Below are positions 49,092 through 62,800 of a stretch of DNA of 64,000 nt, in pieces. Below the pieces are notes generated by a model, which searched no databases, was not told the DNA's origin, and saw only the letters and a program-made list of their open reading frames with translations. Position 1 is the stretch's first letter. The number at the start of each line of letters is the position of its first letter. A program made the position numbers and the translations under genes. The stretch is from Amphiscolops sp. MND2022 (taxonomy: Eukaryota), in assembly GCA_964187785.1 (NCBI GenBank), contig OZ076409.1:67270001-67334000 (forward strand). Reading direction: 5' to 3'.

Positions 49092-49293
49092 GAGGCTCAA
49101 TCTTGTGGTTTAGGTTCTTTGCTCGGAACAGTTCAATCTCTTCTGAACTTTTATATATGTTTTGATATTGTGACTTTCGAGTTTTAAAAGACTTTTTGAG
49201 TTCCAAGGCCGTCATCCAGAATATTTTTGCACTGTGAGATTTTACGCAGTTTTTTGCGAAAACCACTTTTGCGCGAAGTTAAAAGACTCACCC

Positions 49294-49927
49294 TTTTTCA
49301 GTCGGCGCGTTTCTTTAGAAAAGTGCAAGTATAGTCAGGGCTTTTCGTCAGTTTTTTTATACACACGATCTGTCCAAAATAGTTCAACGAAACGTTCTTC
49401 AAGTCAGTTACTGCCACTTAGCCTAGTAGTTAACTTAGCCTAGTGGGTTTTCCTTCTTGGCTGAGAGGTCTAAGAAGCAGGGAAACGTGGGTTCGAGTCT
49501 CGCACAGAACCAAAAAAAATTGCAAAAGTAGAGGATGACTCTCTTTTTAAATTTTCTCGGGACTATGCGACTTTTTTTCAGATTGTTGTTCAAACCTAAA
49601 CTCCCTTCCTCGATTTTTAGCACAAACAACAGCGTTTTGCCGGCATAGATGGTCAGTTTAACTTTTGGCACTATGCGACTCGCCGAAGTAAAAAAAAAGT
49701 TTTGCCAGCTGAAACCTTTTTCGGCACTATGAGACGTTTCCGATAAAAATTACTTTTCAAAATGGAATTTTGTTTTTCCAGTTGGTGAAAAAGTGGTTTC
49801 CGAGTGTTATGCGTATCCCTTGGAGTATTTTTTGGCACCGAGAAATTGGTAAAAGTTTGAAAATAGTGTCCTTTGTATATTTGAGAAACTTGAGCGGGGC
49901 GTCGACTTGGGCCGGTCCCGGCTTGTT
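49294..49927 (+). mobile_element. HINE/DINE-1-like repeat copy carrying a tRNA-like segment
   Basis: 5' TTTTTCAGTCGGCGC, GGCACTATG(C/A)GAC subunits, 3' GGGCGTCGACTTGGGCCGGTCCCGGCTTGTT. Confidence 0.55.
49425..49512 (+). other. tRNA-derived (SINE-head-like) segment with Pol III A and B boxes; not a functional tRNA
   Basis: A box TAGCCTAGTGG (49436-49446) and B box GTTCGAGTC (49491-49499). No convincing cloverleaf. Confidence 0.5.
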
Positions 49928-50653
49928 AACCTTAGGCGGAGCGCTACATTTAGAAGGTCCAATCTAATTGAATCTTTCTTTCTATTCTCTGACATCGAAT
50001 TTGTGCTTCAATTTCCTCGTCACAATTGCACCAGTTGGTTATCGATGCCACAACCCTGAAACCTTTTACTGTGTTTTTTTTTCCACTGAAACTAATGTCG
50101 CATACCTTGAAATGTCTTTATCCGTGTCTCGGGCCTAGTTTTTCCTGCAGATGGCGTGTCTGTTCTTCTTGTTTTTTTCTGTATCTAGTCGATGGTTTAA
50201 AAATAAATTTCTGGGAGAAAACTGATTTTTTTGGTTCTCTCGAGGAGCAAAGTGTTCATCATAGCAAAGAGAGAAACCTTATAACTTGAGTATGAAACTG
50301 ACAGTCATGAAGATAATAATGGTATTGAAGATTGAATTGGATTGGTGTAATCAATTTCTGCGACGTTTAATGCTTTGAATCTTTGGCATTAGTTTTGGAG
50401 TCTCCTATAGAAACTATTACCAAAACTTGAAATTCAATAAATTATTTTGCATATTTGCAAATACTACGTTACAGCTAGATTTTTTGCGGATCAACTTAAT
50501 GTCACTGAAATTTCTGAAAAAGCCGTCAAAAATTCGCAGTATATCTCAATTATCTCTCATTTTCAATGCGAACTCAATTCGGTATTTTGTCATGGTTTGT
50601 ATAAGACAGCACAATACAGTGCATGATTCTAAAAGCGGCCTAAGATTATATTA

Positions 50654-50760
50654 AACAAGCCGGGTGCAGCATAAGTCGACGCCCCGCTTAAGGCTGAAAA
50701 ACAAGGCTGCAAAAGCACTTCAAAACAAAAACCGCAGAATGAGAGTTTTTTATTAAATAT
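50654..50760 (-). repeat. 3' terminal fragment of the HINE-like family, minus strand
   Basis: AACAAGCCGGGTGCAGCATAAGTCGACGCCCCGCT is the reverse complement of the terminus type seen at 49893-49927. Confidence 0.6.
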
Positions 50761-53043
50761 TCTTGTCCGGTACTTGGAGCCCCATCTTTTAACTGTGTGG
50801 CATTCCGTTGTAATGTATTGTTGTATTGGTCACCACCATTTATACATGTAATTTTGAGCTCGAGAGCTACTTTTGGTTGAACACATTTTTATACGTTAGG
50901 CTACCTATCACCGTGGAATAAAAAATTTAAGTTCTTTTTAGCCCAGTCTCTATAGACTATTTGAGCGGTGACCCTGAGCAAGATGCCCGGTACTTACAGC
51001 AATGAAAGACTAGGATCGGTCGGTAAGTATTCAGCTGATGCGGGACCTCCAGGGCCCTACGGGACGTATATCACTCTGGACGCAAAGTTATCTTGTGGCG
51101 ATGGGAGCCAATCCCGGGTGATAGTCCTATTCTACAGGTTCCTCTACCTGCATTAATGTGTTAAGCGACCGATTACTTCACTGCTTGCCTTACACAGCCT
51201 TCAGCGTGCTGGCTTCATCACTGCGATTCAGTGAAAGCTTGGAAATAGAGTACGCACGATCCCTATTTCGAGATCCGTGAAAAACTTTTCTTCAGGGAAC
51301 ACTCAGGATATGCAATAACTGTACACTCTTTTAGGCTAAAAGTAAACGTTGTACTAAAGGAGATGTCTCAGTTGAATCTTGCAAATTCAAGCCGAATCTT
51401 ATAAGATTCCTCGGATTCTTTGCACGTTTCTTGCAAGATGACTTAGAAGAATAATACATTGGCTTGCAAGACATCTGGTAAGATTTTTGCGAGCTATTTA
51501 TTCGAATAACATCATTCTGCGAACTCATTCTCTAGGTACGTTCGACCTGTTATACTATGTATGATGTTTCATGTTAACGAGACTTTCATGTGTCCGTTTA
51601 GGTTGAACAAAGCTTCGAAGCTCTCGATCCAGCAACACTGTCCCAAAGCATTTACTCTGAGCCTGTCAATTATTGAGAAGTAATCAATTATTCAGTTATA
51701 TTAGCTTAGTCCATTTTCGTCCAGGATTAAAAAATAAGACAAATTTGTTTCAATACCGAACATTTGCAGGATTTGTTCACGCGTTGTTGAAACCTATTCA
51801 TTACTACTATGGAAATAATTTTGCACGGTAAAAACAACATTTTCAAACAGGTTTCATTTTCTAAACACTCAGTATTGCTTCATTAATGATTCTTCTCTAA
51901 TTTTCGTCTTTCAAGCATTTTAGTTGTGGTAAGTAGGAACTATTCATGTAATATTCATAAATTTTGGCTCGCGGCTCTGAAAATGGTCATGAATTTGTTC
52001 ACGTGGAAATTTTCGCGATGACCTGAAGTTGTAGTTTGTAGTTTTTTCATGGAAACCTCTGTTTTCCGCTTTCAGGCTAGTTACAGAAAGCTAATTATGT
52101 TGTGACTGTAAATTATAGTCACTCTTGACCATTTTACGCTTTTACCCAAAAATTAGTATCTGGAATTATAGAGATAAAGAACCAGTATGGAACCAAGCGC
52201 ACAAATCTAAATACATAGTAATCCGGGAATAACAACGGCCTAACCGAAAAGCGCAATAGCCGAAGGACTCTATGCATCCCTGACGGCGCGGCGGAACAAT
52301 TACTCACTTTATAAGCGACTTGGCGTTATAACTGGTGAAGTTATAAACGGCTAACACTGTAGTAATCCAGGTGATTTTTCTTACTTCTTATCTCAAAGTA
52401 AGTGATAGTATGAAAGCAATAAACGTGAACAAGTAAACTCTTTTTGAAGAAACAGAGAAGACTATTCCAATGACTAGTTTTTTTCTGTTCTTTCTGCAGC
52501 CTCACAACGAAAGGTCCATTTTTTCTTTCAATTGGTTCAACTTTTTTGGTCAATCAAAAGTTGAAAGTCTGAAAGTCAACCGACATTCAACGGGTCATTT
52601 CTTCAGTTACCTGGAAATTTTGGTCTTTCAACAAAACATCGAAAGTTATAAGATACCCATCGATGTTTTTTTAAATTGTATTTTTGTTCGAATTTTTTCT
52701 ACTTTTGAAATCACGTAGAAGCATGAGAACCCCAAGTGTCCCCTGATGTGAAATTTCAACCCATTTCATTGACTTTACGGTGCTTTACTATTTGCCAGAG
52801 ACATCTATATAAACTGAACAAAATGAAAATCAGATGAGGTGATGTTTAAGTGGTTCAAATTGCATAGGACGAAATATCCTGACACCAATTTTTCAAAATA
52901 GCAGTTTTCTATTTTCCCCAAACTTTTTAAAATTAGTTTCATGAAGTGAAACGCGACTATTATAGTGACTCTTTTTTTCCACACGAACTGACCAAAATAG
53001 TTCTTAAAAGTTCTACACAATTTTATGGTCCCAAATTGACTCA

Positions 53044-53928
53044 TTTGGCCTAGCGAACTGAACCAAAAAAGTTCTCCCCTTTTTCCGCGTAACATACCAT
53101 ACCGGGAGAGACTAAAGGGTCCCCCCTTTCAGTTTTTTCGGCAGTGTGAGACTTTTTTCGGAATTTTTTTTCACCAATTTTTTTCACCCTTCGATTTTTT
53201 GATGTTTTGCAACAATGGATGTTAAAAAAATGCAAAAGGATCCCTTTTTAGCGCTCCAGCTCTGTCGTTTGGGTTTTTCGTGAGTTTGATACTCTTTTTA
53301 GTCGGCGCATTTTAGTAGAAAATGTGCCCGACTATTACAGTGGGTAGTTTTTTTTTTTTTAGACACGAAAGGTCCACTTTTTGTTCATTTGTTCAACAAC
53401 CTCCACAACTTCAAACCTCAACAACTCCAACCTCAGAAGCGTCCAAAACGAAAAGAAAAAACAAAACAGACGTCCACAACCTCGAAATCACACTAAGGAT
53501 CCCCACTTTTTTTTCGGAACTATGCGACTTTTGAAACTTTTTGGATTGAAATTTTTTCCCCAAAGGGTCCCCCCTTCAATTTTTTTTGATGTTTTGCAAC
53601 ACAATGGATGTCAAAAAATCGCAAAGGGTCCCCCCTTTTACATTTTTCGGCACTGTGACACTGTTCAAAAATCTCATTAAAAAATTTTTCGGAAATTTTT
53701 TTATGTCTCCAAAGGGTCCCCCCTTCAATTTTTTTAAAATTTTTTGCAACCAGCTGGAGTTTCACAAAGCCCGAAGGGTCCCCCTTTTAAATTTTGAGCC
53801 TTAGATATGGCGCCGACTTTGGCCGTTCCCGGCTTGTTATTTTGACTTTGAGTTTTTTACACTTTCATGTCCTTTTGCTATTTTTGAGCCTTTGATATGG
53901 CGCCGACTTACGCCGTTCCCGGCTTGTT
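53044..53928 (+). mobile_element. HINE/DINE-1-like copies: fragment 53044-53290, complete copy 53295-53838, extra 3' terminus to 53928
   Basis: Subterminal inverted repeat AGTCGGCGC (53300-53308) / GCGCCGACT (53810-53818), four AAGGGTCCCCC subunits, and the terminus GGCCGTTCCCGGCTTGTT present twice. Confidence 0.65.
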
Positions 53929-55728
53929 CGTTGAAACAATTAAAAAAGGTTGAAGCAATTTTTTGGCATACTTTTAGAGTTATTGAAATTATGAGCAAAA
54001 TGAGCTTAGGAACGGATTAGCAGATATTCTTACAAAACTCATCGTATTTAAATTCCATCCTGAATTTAAAGATTTAAAGAAAATTTAAAGATAAGGAAAG
54101 GTCAAAATCGCAAGCACGAGCATCTTTTTTCCTTTTTGACAAAAAAAATCAAATCCCTTTTTTGATATTATGTTTATAATAACTGATTACAACCCCTGAA
54201 ATTTCGACACATTTATTTGTTCATCGCATTTGGTTTGTTTTCGAAGCATTTGGTTTGTTGATAAGGTCTGGTCACTGTTGACATCATCATTTAGCCAAAA
54301 AAATTTCTTTTTAGTAAGTATGCTGAAGAAAAGCTGATACCAATCAGACTCCTGCAATAAACGTTATCTGGAAAAAGAATAGGTTTGCTGGGAAAGCATC
54401 TTATAAATTTAATACGAATTTTTAGCGCTCGAGTATAATAAAAATTGAACTTAATCAAGTTAACATCTAATGCAATTGTAACATCCATAGTTTGTTTTTG
54501 TATGTTTATGGTGGCGATTTTGAACAAAATGTTGATAATCAGCGTGGAAAATCTCTGAATTTCAGTTTTGCAGTTTTTGAAGTTAAAATTTTGTTCAAAT
54601 AAATTGTTACAAATGAAGGTTCAATTCTTTTGACAAGGGTTGTTGGTTTAAAACGTTTTAAAACAGACTCAGTATTTAAGTAAAACAAAGTGTTTTTTCG
54701 TACCCAATGAGATTTGAGCAAATACAACCAAAGGTGTAAAAATTTATATTTGTTGCAATATATTGCAATTAAATACAATTAATATATTTATTTAGTTGGA
54801 GCAAAAATACAATATATTTATTGAATTAAGGCAAATAATGTCAGAGCTCTTTACGCTCTGTTCGCTCTTTACTATTTACTGACTACCGCAAGAAAACGCT
54901 TCCTATTAATTTCGAAAGTGTAGCCTTTCTTTATACAAATAAACAACATTAGGATGTTTGCCTTGTAAATGAATGTTTCTCTGCCCAATAAAATATTTCA
55001 CAATCTATTGTCTTTCTAAAATATTGCAGGACAATAAATACAATATACTTATTGCTGAAATTGAATCAAACAATACAATAAGTTTTTTGAAAAAATATAT
55101 TTGAATACAATTTTCACACCCCTTCCTGCATGGATAGATAATAAAGTTGCTTCGAATGAGAAAAAATGTTCTATATTTTCTGTCTATAAGCACTGAAGTA
55201 CATGTATTAGGATAGGCTATAGCCAATTTTTCTGGCAAATTTTTGTATTCGCGAGAGTTTACGAGATAATTGGTTTTGAGTTTTGCCAATTGAGGCAATG
55301 AGGTTGTGATATTTTAGAACGCTACTGTAGCTGGTAGTGCGAACAGAACACAAAGAAGTGAAATCAATATTAGTGTTCGTGTCACAAGTTATTTTTTTTC
55401 TTGACACTCTGGATAAGACTCTTACCAAGATGATTATTAAAAATTCAAGAGGATTGTGTGGAGTAAAAATAAACAAGATCTTATTGGGACTTTCAAGAGT
55501 GAAAGAGAATTTGTAAGAATGTGCAAGACCTTGGCCAGAGTTTCATGATAGTTGGCAGATGGTAATCATTTAGAGCGCGCAAAGTATCGTATGATTCCTA
55601 TGCCATTTGTAGCATGAAACTATATTGTAAGACGTTCGAGAACAAGAAATGACAATCAAGCTCGGCGATATTTTTATCACGGGAGGCGGAAATTTCGTAG
55701 CCAGAAATTTCGTCGTCAGAAATATCGT

Positions 55729-56882
55729 TTTTACGTCTGCAATGTATGATAACAAAATCACTTACCAAGCTTTACGACGGCCTGGTTGACAACTTGCGGG
55801 CACGTCTAAGAATTGTTTCTGCGAGAAAGGCACTTGCAAAATCCACTACTTTCAATACCTTCAAAATGTCCCTTCTTTTCAAGTTCTGGACAATACCTAT
55901 TGTTTAAACAAGTTTCCGAGGTCGGTGAAGCAATTACTGCATCTGTGACCACTTTTCGACTTGTTTAGAAAACATAGAATTTACTGACTTGAAGAGTTTT
56001 CTCATAAAACTCACTAAACCGTTGACTCGTCGATGAAATTGGGGAGTAACAAATCGTAGTCGAATAACTTTGCCAAAAGATTGAAAGTCTTCTGTCTCAA
56101 AACCTTTTCAAGCTAAAAATTGCCAGAAATGCAATAATAATATATTGTTGGAATCTCGAATCCAGTATCAAAACAAGAACAACTTCGAAATAGCTCTATA
56201 ATAGCCCAAGTTAACTTGAATACTCAAACGATAAAGTTCCGAACAATTACTTTCTTGGTTGCTTGAACAAGGAATATCGACCGTTTTCAATCTCACCTTT
56301 TGGGTCTCTCTTTCAAGAAGGAGTTAACTTGGGTTGGTAACAATACAGGAAATTACACAAACTGTCATGTTTACAATCAATTATGAGGGCACCATAAAGG
56401 TTCTATAATGATACATAAAGTTAACAAACTACCCATTTTCGAGGCGATAAAGCATATAAAGATATTGGTATATCAACATCTGAAGCATACATTTACACGA
56501 TTTTGTGGTCCTTTAATATATTTGTTATTTGCCCACCAAAGCTTCTATCAGGTTACAAATGCTCTACCGGCTTCCGCCTGGACTAGATATAACCAAATAT
56601 GACCACTTGACAGGTTAAATACACAAGCAGGATGATAAATTACCAAATTTGTACTATATTAGAAGAAATCTCTGATTTTGCCCCAGAAAAAAATATTTTT
56701 CAAATTTTTGCCTTCGATTTCCGGTTTTTTGCCCTAGATGGTTTAGTTGGCCAAAAATATGTCGGTTGCCAACCATCCTAGAGTGTGATTCCCAAAACTC
56801 AATCTTTTACAGCCACCAATTAGGGGCTATTTTAGGGTATTTTTCGAATAGCTGATTTCAAGTTGTTTTCGAGGCGCCAACA
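55729..56882 (-). repeat. 3' LTR of the BEL/Pao element (~1154 bp)
   Basis: 55729-56245 matches 63484-64000 with 4 substitutions. The minus-strand start TGTTGGCGCC at 56882 follows a purine-rich GAAAACGGGG tract. The right boundary is inferred from this motif because the partner LTR is cut off. Confidence 0.8.
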
Positions 56883-59800
56883 ATGCCGGCCCCGTTTTCA
56901 GACTGAAAACGCTCATCGAAGACTGGCGCCAACTTTACTACAGGTCGTTTGAAGGTACCGTCATGAGTTTTGATAAGCACTGATCTCACTACACCATCTT
57001 TTGCTGGATAAATTTCTTGAATACGTGCCATCTTGTAATGAGACCTTTTCACATTGTTATCCACCAACCAAACTAAGTCGCCAACTTCAACATTGGCTTC
57101 TTGTTTACTCCATTGGTTTCTGACATGAGTTTGGGGTATGTATTCTGCAACCCATCGTTTCCAAATCATATCGGCATAAGCCTGACACGACCGAAACATC
57201 TTGCGACGATTGGAATAAACTTCAGCATTGGGGATAAAGGGTACACAAATATTCGCACGACCAAGAATAAAATGATTAGGCGTAAGGGCCTCCAAATCAG
57301 CAGGATCATCTTTTGCTGGGGTAATAGGACGTGCATTCAATGTTTGTTCAACCAAGCACATGGTTGTAGTCAAAGATTCATCAGTCAGAGATCGATATCC
57401 CAGAATTGCCATCATTGCTTTCTTGCAACTTCTGACCAATCGTTCCCAAACACCCCCAAAATGAGGTGCCCCAGGAGGGTTAAATTTCCATGCAATATGC
57501 TTTTGAGCCAATTCTGATGTAATTTGATCGTGATTCCACGAGTTGATGTACTCTTTCAACTCTCTCGCGGATCCAACAAAGTTAGTACCATTGTCACTTA
57601 TGATGGTTGTTGGCTTGCCACGTCTGGCGATAAATCTGTTCATAGCTACCAAGCAAGAATCTGTGTCGAGGCTTCGAACCACTTCGATATGCACTGCTCT
57701 GGTAGTCAAACATGTAAACAAACAGCACCATCGTTTCATGGATCGTCGTAACAATTTAACTTCGAATGGACCGAAATAATCCATTCCAACGTGGGTAAAG
57801 GGATATGACTGATAATCGAGCCTCTCGGCAGGTAAATCGACCATGAGAGGAGATTTTATCTGCGCACGTAATTTGCGACAGTAAACACAATTGCTTTTAA
57901 TGCTCCTCAAAGCATTTCGTAATCCCAAAATCCAAAACTTCTGTTGTATTACGCTTCTAACATACTCCACTCCCTCATGGTTGTGTTCCAGATGTAAATC
58001 ACGTAACATTACACTAACAATATCGTGTTTTGTGGATAAAAGAATTGGATGTCGCTGTTGGAAGCTCAATTTTGCATGTTTGATGCGACCTCTTATTCGA
58101 ATCATACCGCATTCATCAAAAAATGGAGAAAATTTTGCCAAATCTCCACCTTTGCTTGTCTTACCAAACATTTGCTTCCCATCATACACTTCAGGGAAGG
58201 TTTCTCGTTGAATTAATTTCAGAATCTTTTTTTCCGCTCGTTGCAGTTCACCTGGAAATAATACCTTAGATTGACTCTTGAACTTCAAACGTAAGCAAAA
58301 TGCAATAACTCGCACACATTTGGAAAAACTGCTAAACCTGCTCCAATCAACTATTGGCTCCTGAGTCATGCTTGCGTTCGCAATTACTGCAACTGCAGCA
58401 TGGTCATCAGGCACCAAGTTAATTGGTTGCAGAGACGAAGGCCAATCGTCAGGATGGTCTTTGAGCCAAATTGGTCCAGCTAACCAATCACTTTCAGTCA
58501 ATTTCTCTATAGTAATTCCACGCGTCCCAATATCAGATGGATTCATTTCACCTTTAACGTGCTTCCACTCGTCAATTGTGGAGTTTTCCAATATCTCAGC
58601 TGCTCTGTTAGCTACAAAAACATTTTGTTTTTTGTCAGCTGAGTGTAACCATTGAAGCACAGTAACTGAATCAGTCCAATGAGTAACGCTGTCAATCCGT
58701 AAATCATGTTCTTGAACAATCAAGGTTCTCAATCTGACTGAATACACTGCTGCTTGCAGCTCTAGACGAGGTATAGACAGTTGTTTGATGGGAGCTATTC
58801 TACATTTGCCCAAAACAAAAGAGACTTCGACTCCATCATTGACTTCTGCTCGAAAATAAGCGACGATGCACATGGCTTCTAGAGACGCATCACTGAAGAT
58901 GTGCAGTTGAACGTTTTTGGGGTTATCAGAGAAATAATTTCTAGGAAGTGAGGTGTTTTTAATTGTTTGCATTTCTGTCACCCAATCTAGGAATACCTGT
59001 TTATCATCATCCGCAATTTTTTCATCCCATGATTGGCCAAAGCGAATCCAGATACTTTTCAAAAGCATTCTCATCCGCATAGTGAAAGGTGCAAAAATTC
59101 CCATGGGATCAAAAACTGAGGAAACAAAAGATAACACTACTCGTTGAGTAATGTCTTGCGGACATTCTTTGTTAGGTCCTCTACATACTTGCAGACAATC
59201 TTTATCGATTATCCACTCCAAACCTAGAATGGCAGATGATTCTGCATTAAGCGTGAATTCGTTCGCTTCTAATCGATCTTCTACTGGGATTATTTCCAAA
59301 ACTTCCGGGCTGTTGCTAGCCCACTTCTTCAATGTGAATCCACTACGTTTGAGAGTCTCTACCAACTCTTGGTAACAGGTGATAGCTGCCTGAGGACTAT
59401 TAACACTTTTCACTAAATCGTCCATGTAGAAGTTTCTATCTATGGTCGATGTTGCTGAAGGAAAATCGACTTTATTGTCTCTTCCTACCTGTTGGAATCC
59501 GTAGTTCGCACAAGTTGGAGAGCTTTTTGCACCAAACACGTGTCTGTTGTACTCGAAGATTCCGATGCTGTCCTCAGGACTATCACGCCATAGGAAACGA
59601 AGTACTTTACATTCCTCTTTCGGAACTGCTACTTGCAAAAACATGGACTCAATATCAGCGGCAATAGCTACTTGGTGTTCCCTAAACCTAAAAACAATTC
59701 CAACTAAATTTCGCAACAAATCAGGTCCGCTGAGAAGTTTGTCATTCAAAGAAACGCCTTTAAACTTTGAAGCTGCGTTACAAACTCTTCTGACCTTGCC

Positions 59801-62800
59801 TGGTTTGTGTGGGTGCTTGACTGGATGGTGAGGTAAATACCATTGCATTTCATTCTCTGTACTCACAATTTCTTCCTGTTACAGTTTCCGTACAAAATGA
59901 TTTTCTAAGTCTTTCTCAATGGTAGCTTTGTGAGCTTCTTTCAACTCTGAATCCTTACTTAATCTTCTCTCCATTGACAGAAACTGTTGGTAAGCAGAAT
60001 AATAATTGTTCGGCAAGTTAGGGTTGTCATCGGCCCAGAGGAGTCCTACTTCATATCGTTCGCCGTTATGCTTGGTAGTTTTTTCCAAGATTGCCAGGGC
60101 TCTCTTTTCTTCCTTAGAACGTCCCGAGACATCACAAACAGACGCGTATGTCTCCATGTCCCACCATTTCTTCATTTGATCCGCTAAAGTATCCGAAGAC
60201 ACGGAGAGGTTACACGTTGCTCCCAAACAGTTTGTTTCTGTTTTGGGTAATGCTCCACTCACTGTCCATCCCAAAGAAGTTTTGACCGCCCAAGGTTCAT
60301 TCCTATCACCTGAATTATATTCAAGAGGTCTGATCAAGTGATACGCGTCTTGACCAAGAATGACCTTGACATCAGCCATCGAGACCTTTATATCCGGCAA
60401 ATTTTTCAAATAGGAATAAATTTCTTTCAATTTTGTAAAATCGTAGACTTTGTCACCGACATTCAAGTTTGGGTGACTGCAGAAGGCCAGTTCTTCTCCC
60501 GCAGTATCTGTTTCACTTGGACCAATTCTGGCGGTAACAATTTCAGTCTTCATGTCAGATAGCCCATGAATTCCAGCTACCGACATCACGGATTCTTTAC
60601 CTTTCAGCTTCAAAAGGTTGACCAAAGTTTTGTCCATAAATGATACCGTGGATCCAGTGTCACAAAGAGCTATCGTTTCAACGCTTCGTTTCTCATTTCC
60701 AATTGAAATTGGTATCAATTGTATGAAACCACTGCTACCTGTTGAGAGCATTGAAGAACCGCCGGCCCTGTTTTGAGACAAGGGTTCCTCCGATTTCTTA
60801 TCTTTTTCGGTTCTAGGAGAATCCGAATGCAACAGCTTGTTGTGTTTCTTGGTGCATCCATTTACTCCACAAACTCTGTCCGACTTGCAGTCCTTCATCA
60901 AATGTGAATTTAGACAACAGAAACAAAGTTTATATTTCTTCAGTGTTTCGTATCTCTCATTAACACCTTGTTGTTTGAACTTCGTACACGTCCAGATTTT
61001 ATGGTCGCCATCCTTCAATGGACATTGCTTTGTTGATGCAGGTGTTGATTTGCTCTGCTCATTAGCAGCAAATGTTGAGGTTTTCACTTTCTCCGTATTA
61101 GCGTAGCCTTTTTTCTCTGATTGAGACTTGAATTGCACTGTCATTTCATCGTGAACATAAGCAACTTCGTTCAGCCATTCGCTAAATTTGCAAAGATCAG
61201 CGTGGTAGTAGCCTTTGCTCTTCGCAAGAAAAAACCACTTGGTTTTCAATTCAGGTGGTAACTTCCTCAACGCTGAATTCAAGACGGACTCAGAATACAA
61301 ATCTCCAGTGAATCCGAACTGTTTCAACACATTAACGCATGTAGTATTCAACTGTGCGTACTTTATAATAGCCGCTGAATCATGCGACTTGATGAACGGA
61401 CTCAAATGAATTTGCTTCATCTGAGCATTGACAATGGTTTGCGGCCGTCCGAAATTAGTAACCAAAGCATTCCACGCTGCACTATACATGACTCCTGAGT
61501 ATCCGAGACCCGCAATAGCCGCCTTGGCCTTGCCTTTAACAAGTGTTTTTAAATGACTCATTTTTGCATTGTCATCAATTGGCGCATTATGGATGGTAGC
61601 TGTGAACAAACTGGACCATTCTGGCCATTCCAGTGGGTCTCCATGAAATTCAGATAATTTCAATTTAGGTAAGCTTGATTGAACAAAATGGACCGGTGAT
61701 TGTACAGGTACTGCTGGTGTGAAGGAAGGAATACCACTTTCTATTTTGAATGAGGGTTTCGCAAAGTCACATTTAGGCTTCGGTTTCTCATTGCCTTGCT
61801 GAAGCAGGGCGTTTGTTTTCGGAAACGTAATTCCAGTGGTTTTTCTCTGTGGTGACTTACTGGTACCTCGGCCTTGAGTTCGCGATAATAGGTTTTTGTG
61901 GTCAAATGTTTGAAGCGGTTTACTTGACTCACCTTTATTTTCTACTTCTCTGCTAGATTCCTTCGGTTGCGAAAAGCACTTATCTAAGTCTTCAACACCT
62001 TGGTCTAACCAACTTTTAATGTCACTGTTTTTGTCCTCCTCCAGAGTGAGAGACATCAAGCTAGGACATATTGAAGAAGCTCGAATTGATCCTTCAGCCT
62101 CTTCTATTTGCAATTGCATTTGCTGCCTTTCAAAAGCCTTCTTACGCTTCAAATCAGCATTTTCCGATTCTGCGTGCAACTCTTGGAGCCTTTCCTCGAT
62201 CTGTTGTCGTTCCAAATTTCTCTCCATTTCCCTACGCGTTTTCTCTAGTTCCAACTCACGTTCTCTTTTTTCTATTTCCATTTGTAATTTTTGATCCATC
62301 AGATCAGCTTGTATCTCCAATCGTCTTCGCTCGCTCATTTTCGAAGCATTGGAGCCTATCTTTGAACCGGCCTTTTTTGCTGGCTCACTCATAGCTAATG
62401 TTCTTGTAGGGGAGTAGTCTACTAAAGAAAATCTTTTCTGGGATCCAAGAGTAGCTGATTGAGGTTGAAAAGATGGGTTATCAAACCGGTCGTTAATTTT
62501 GAGAAATAGTGTTGATTGATTTGCCTCTTTAAGCAATTTCAATCCTTTGTCAAGTGTTTCATTCGCCTTGGATTTTTCCAAGGCATGAGAACGGTTCTCA
62601 TCGTCTTTTGATATCTTCGAACTTTCAAACCCAGACACTTCAGGTGTTTCTATGTTTCCCAATGGATCATTTGCTGCTATATTGCAGCTATCAATATAGT
62701 TCAGAGCGTCAGTCATTGCCTGTTGAACGATAGAGTTCATTTCTGTGACAATTTTTTCGGCGTGTGATAGAGTTGACAAAGCATCAGGCTTGAGACAATT

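Noticed and set aside
49425-49512. Functional tRNA gene
   Set aside because: A and B boxes are present, but no acceptor stem or anticodon arm can be folded convincingly.
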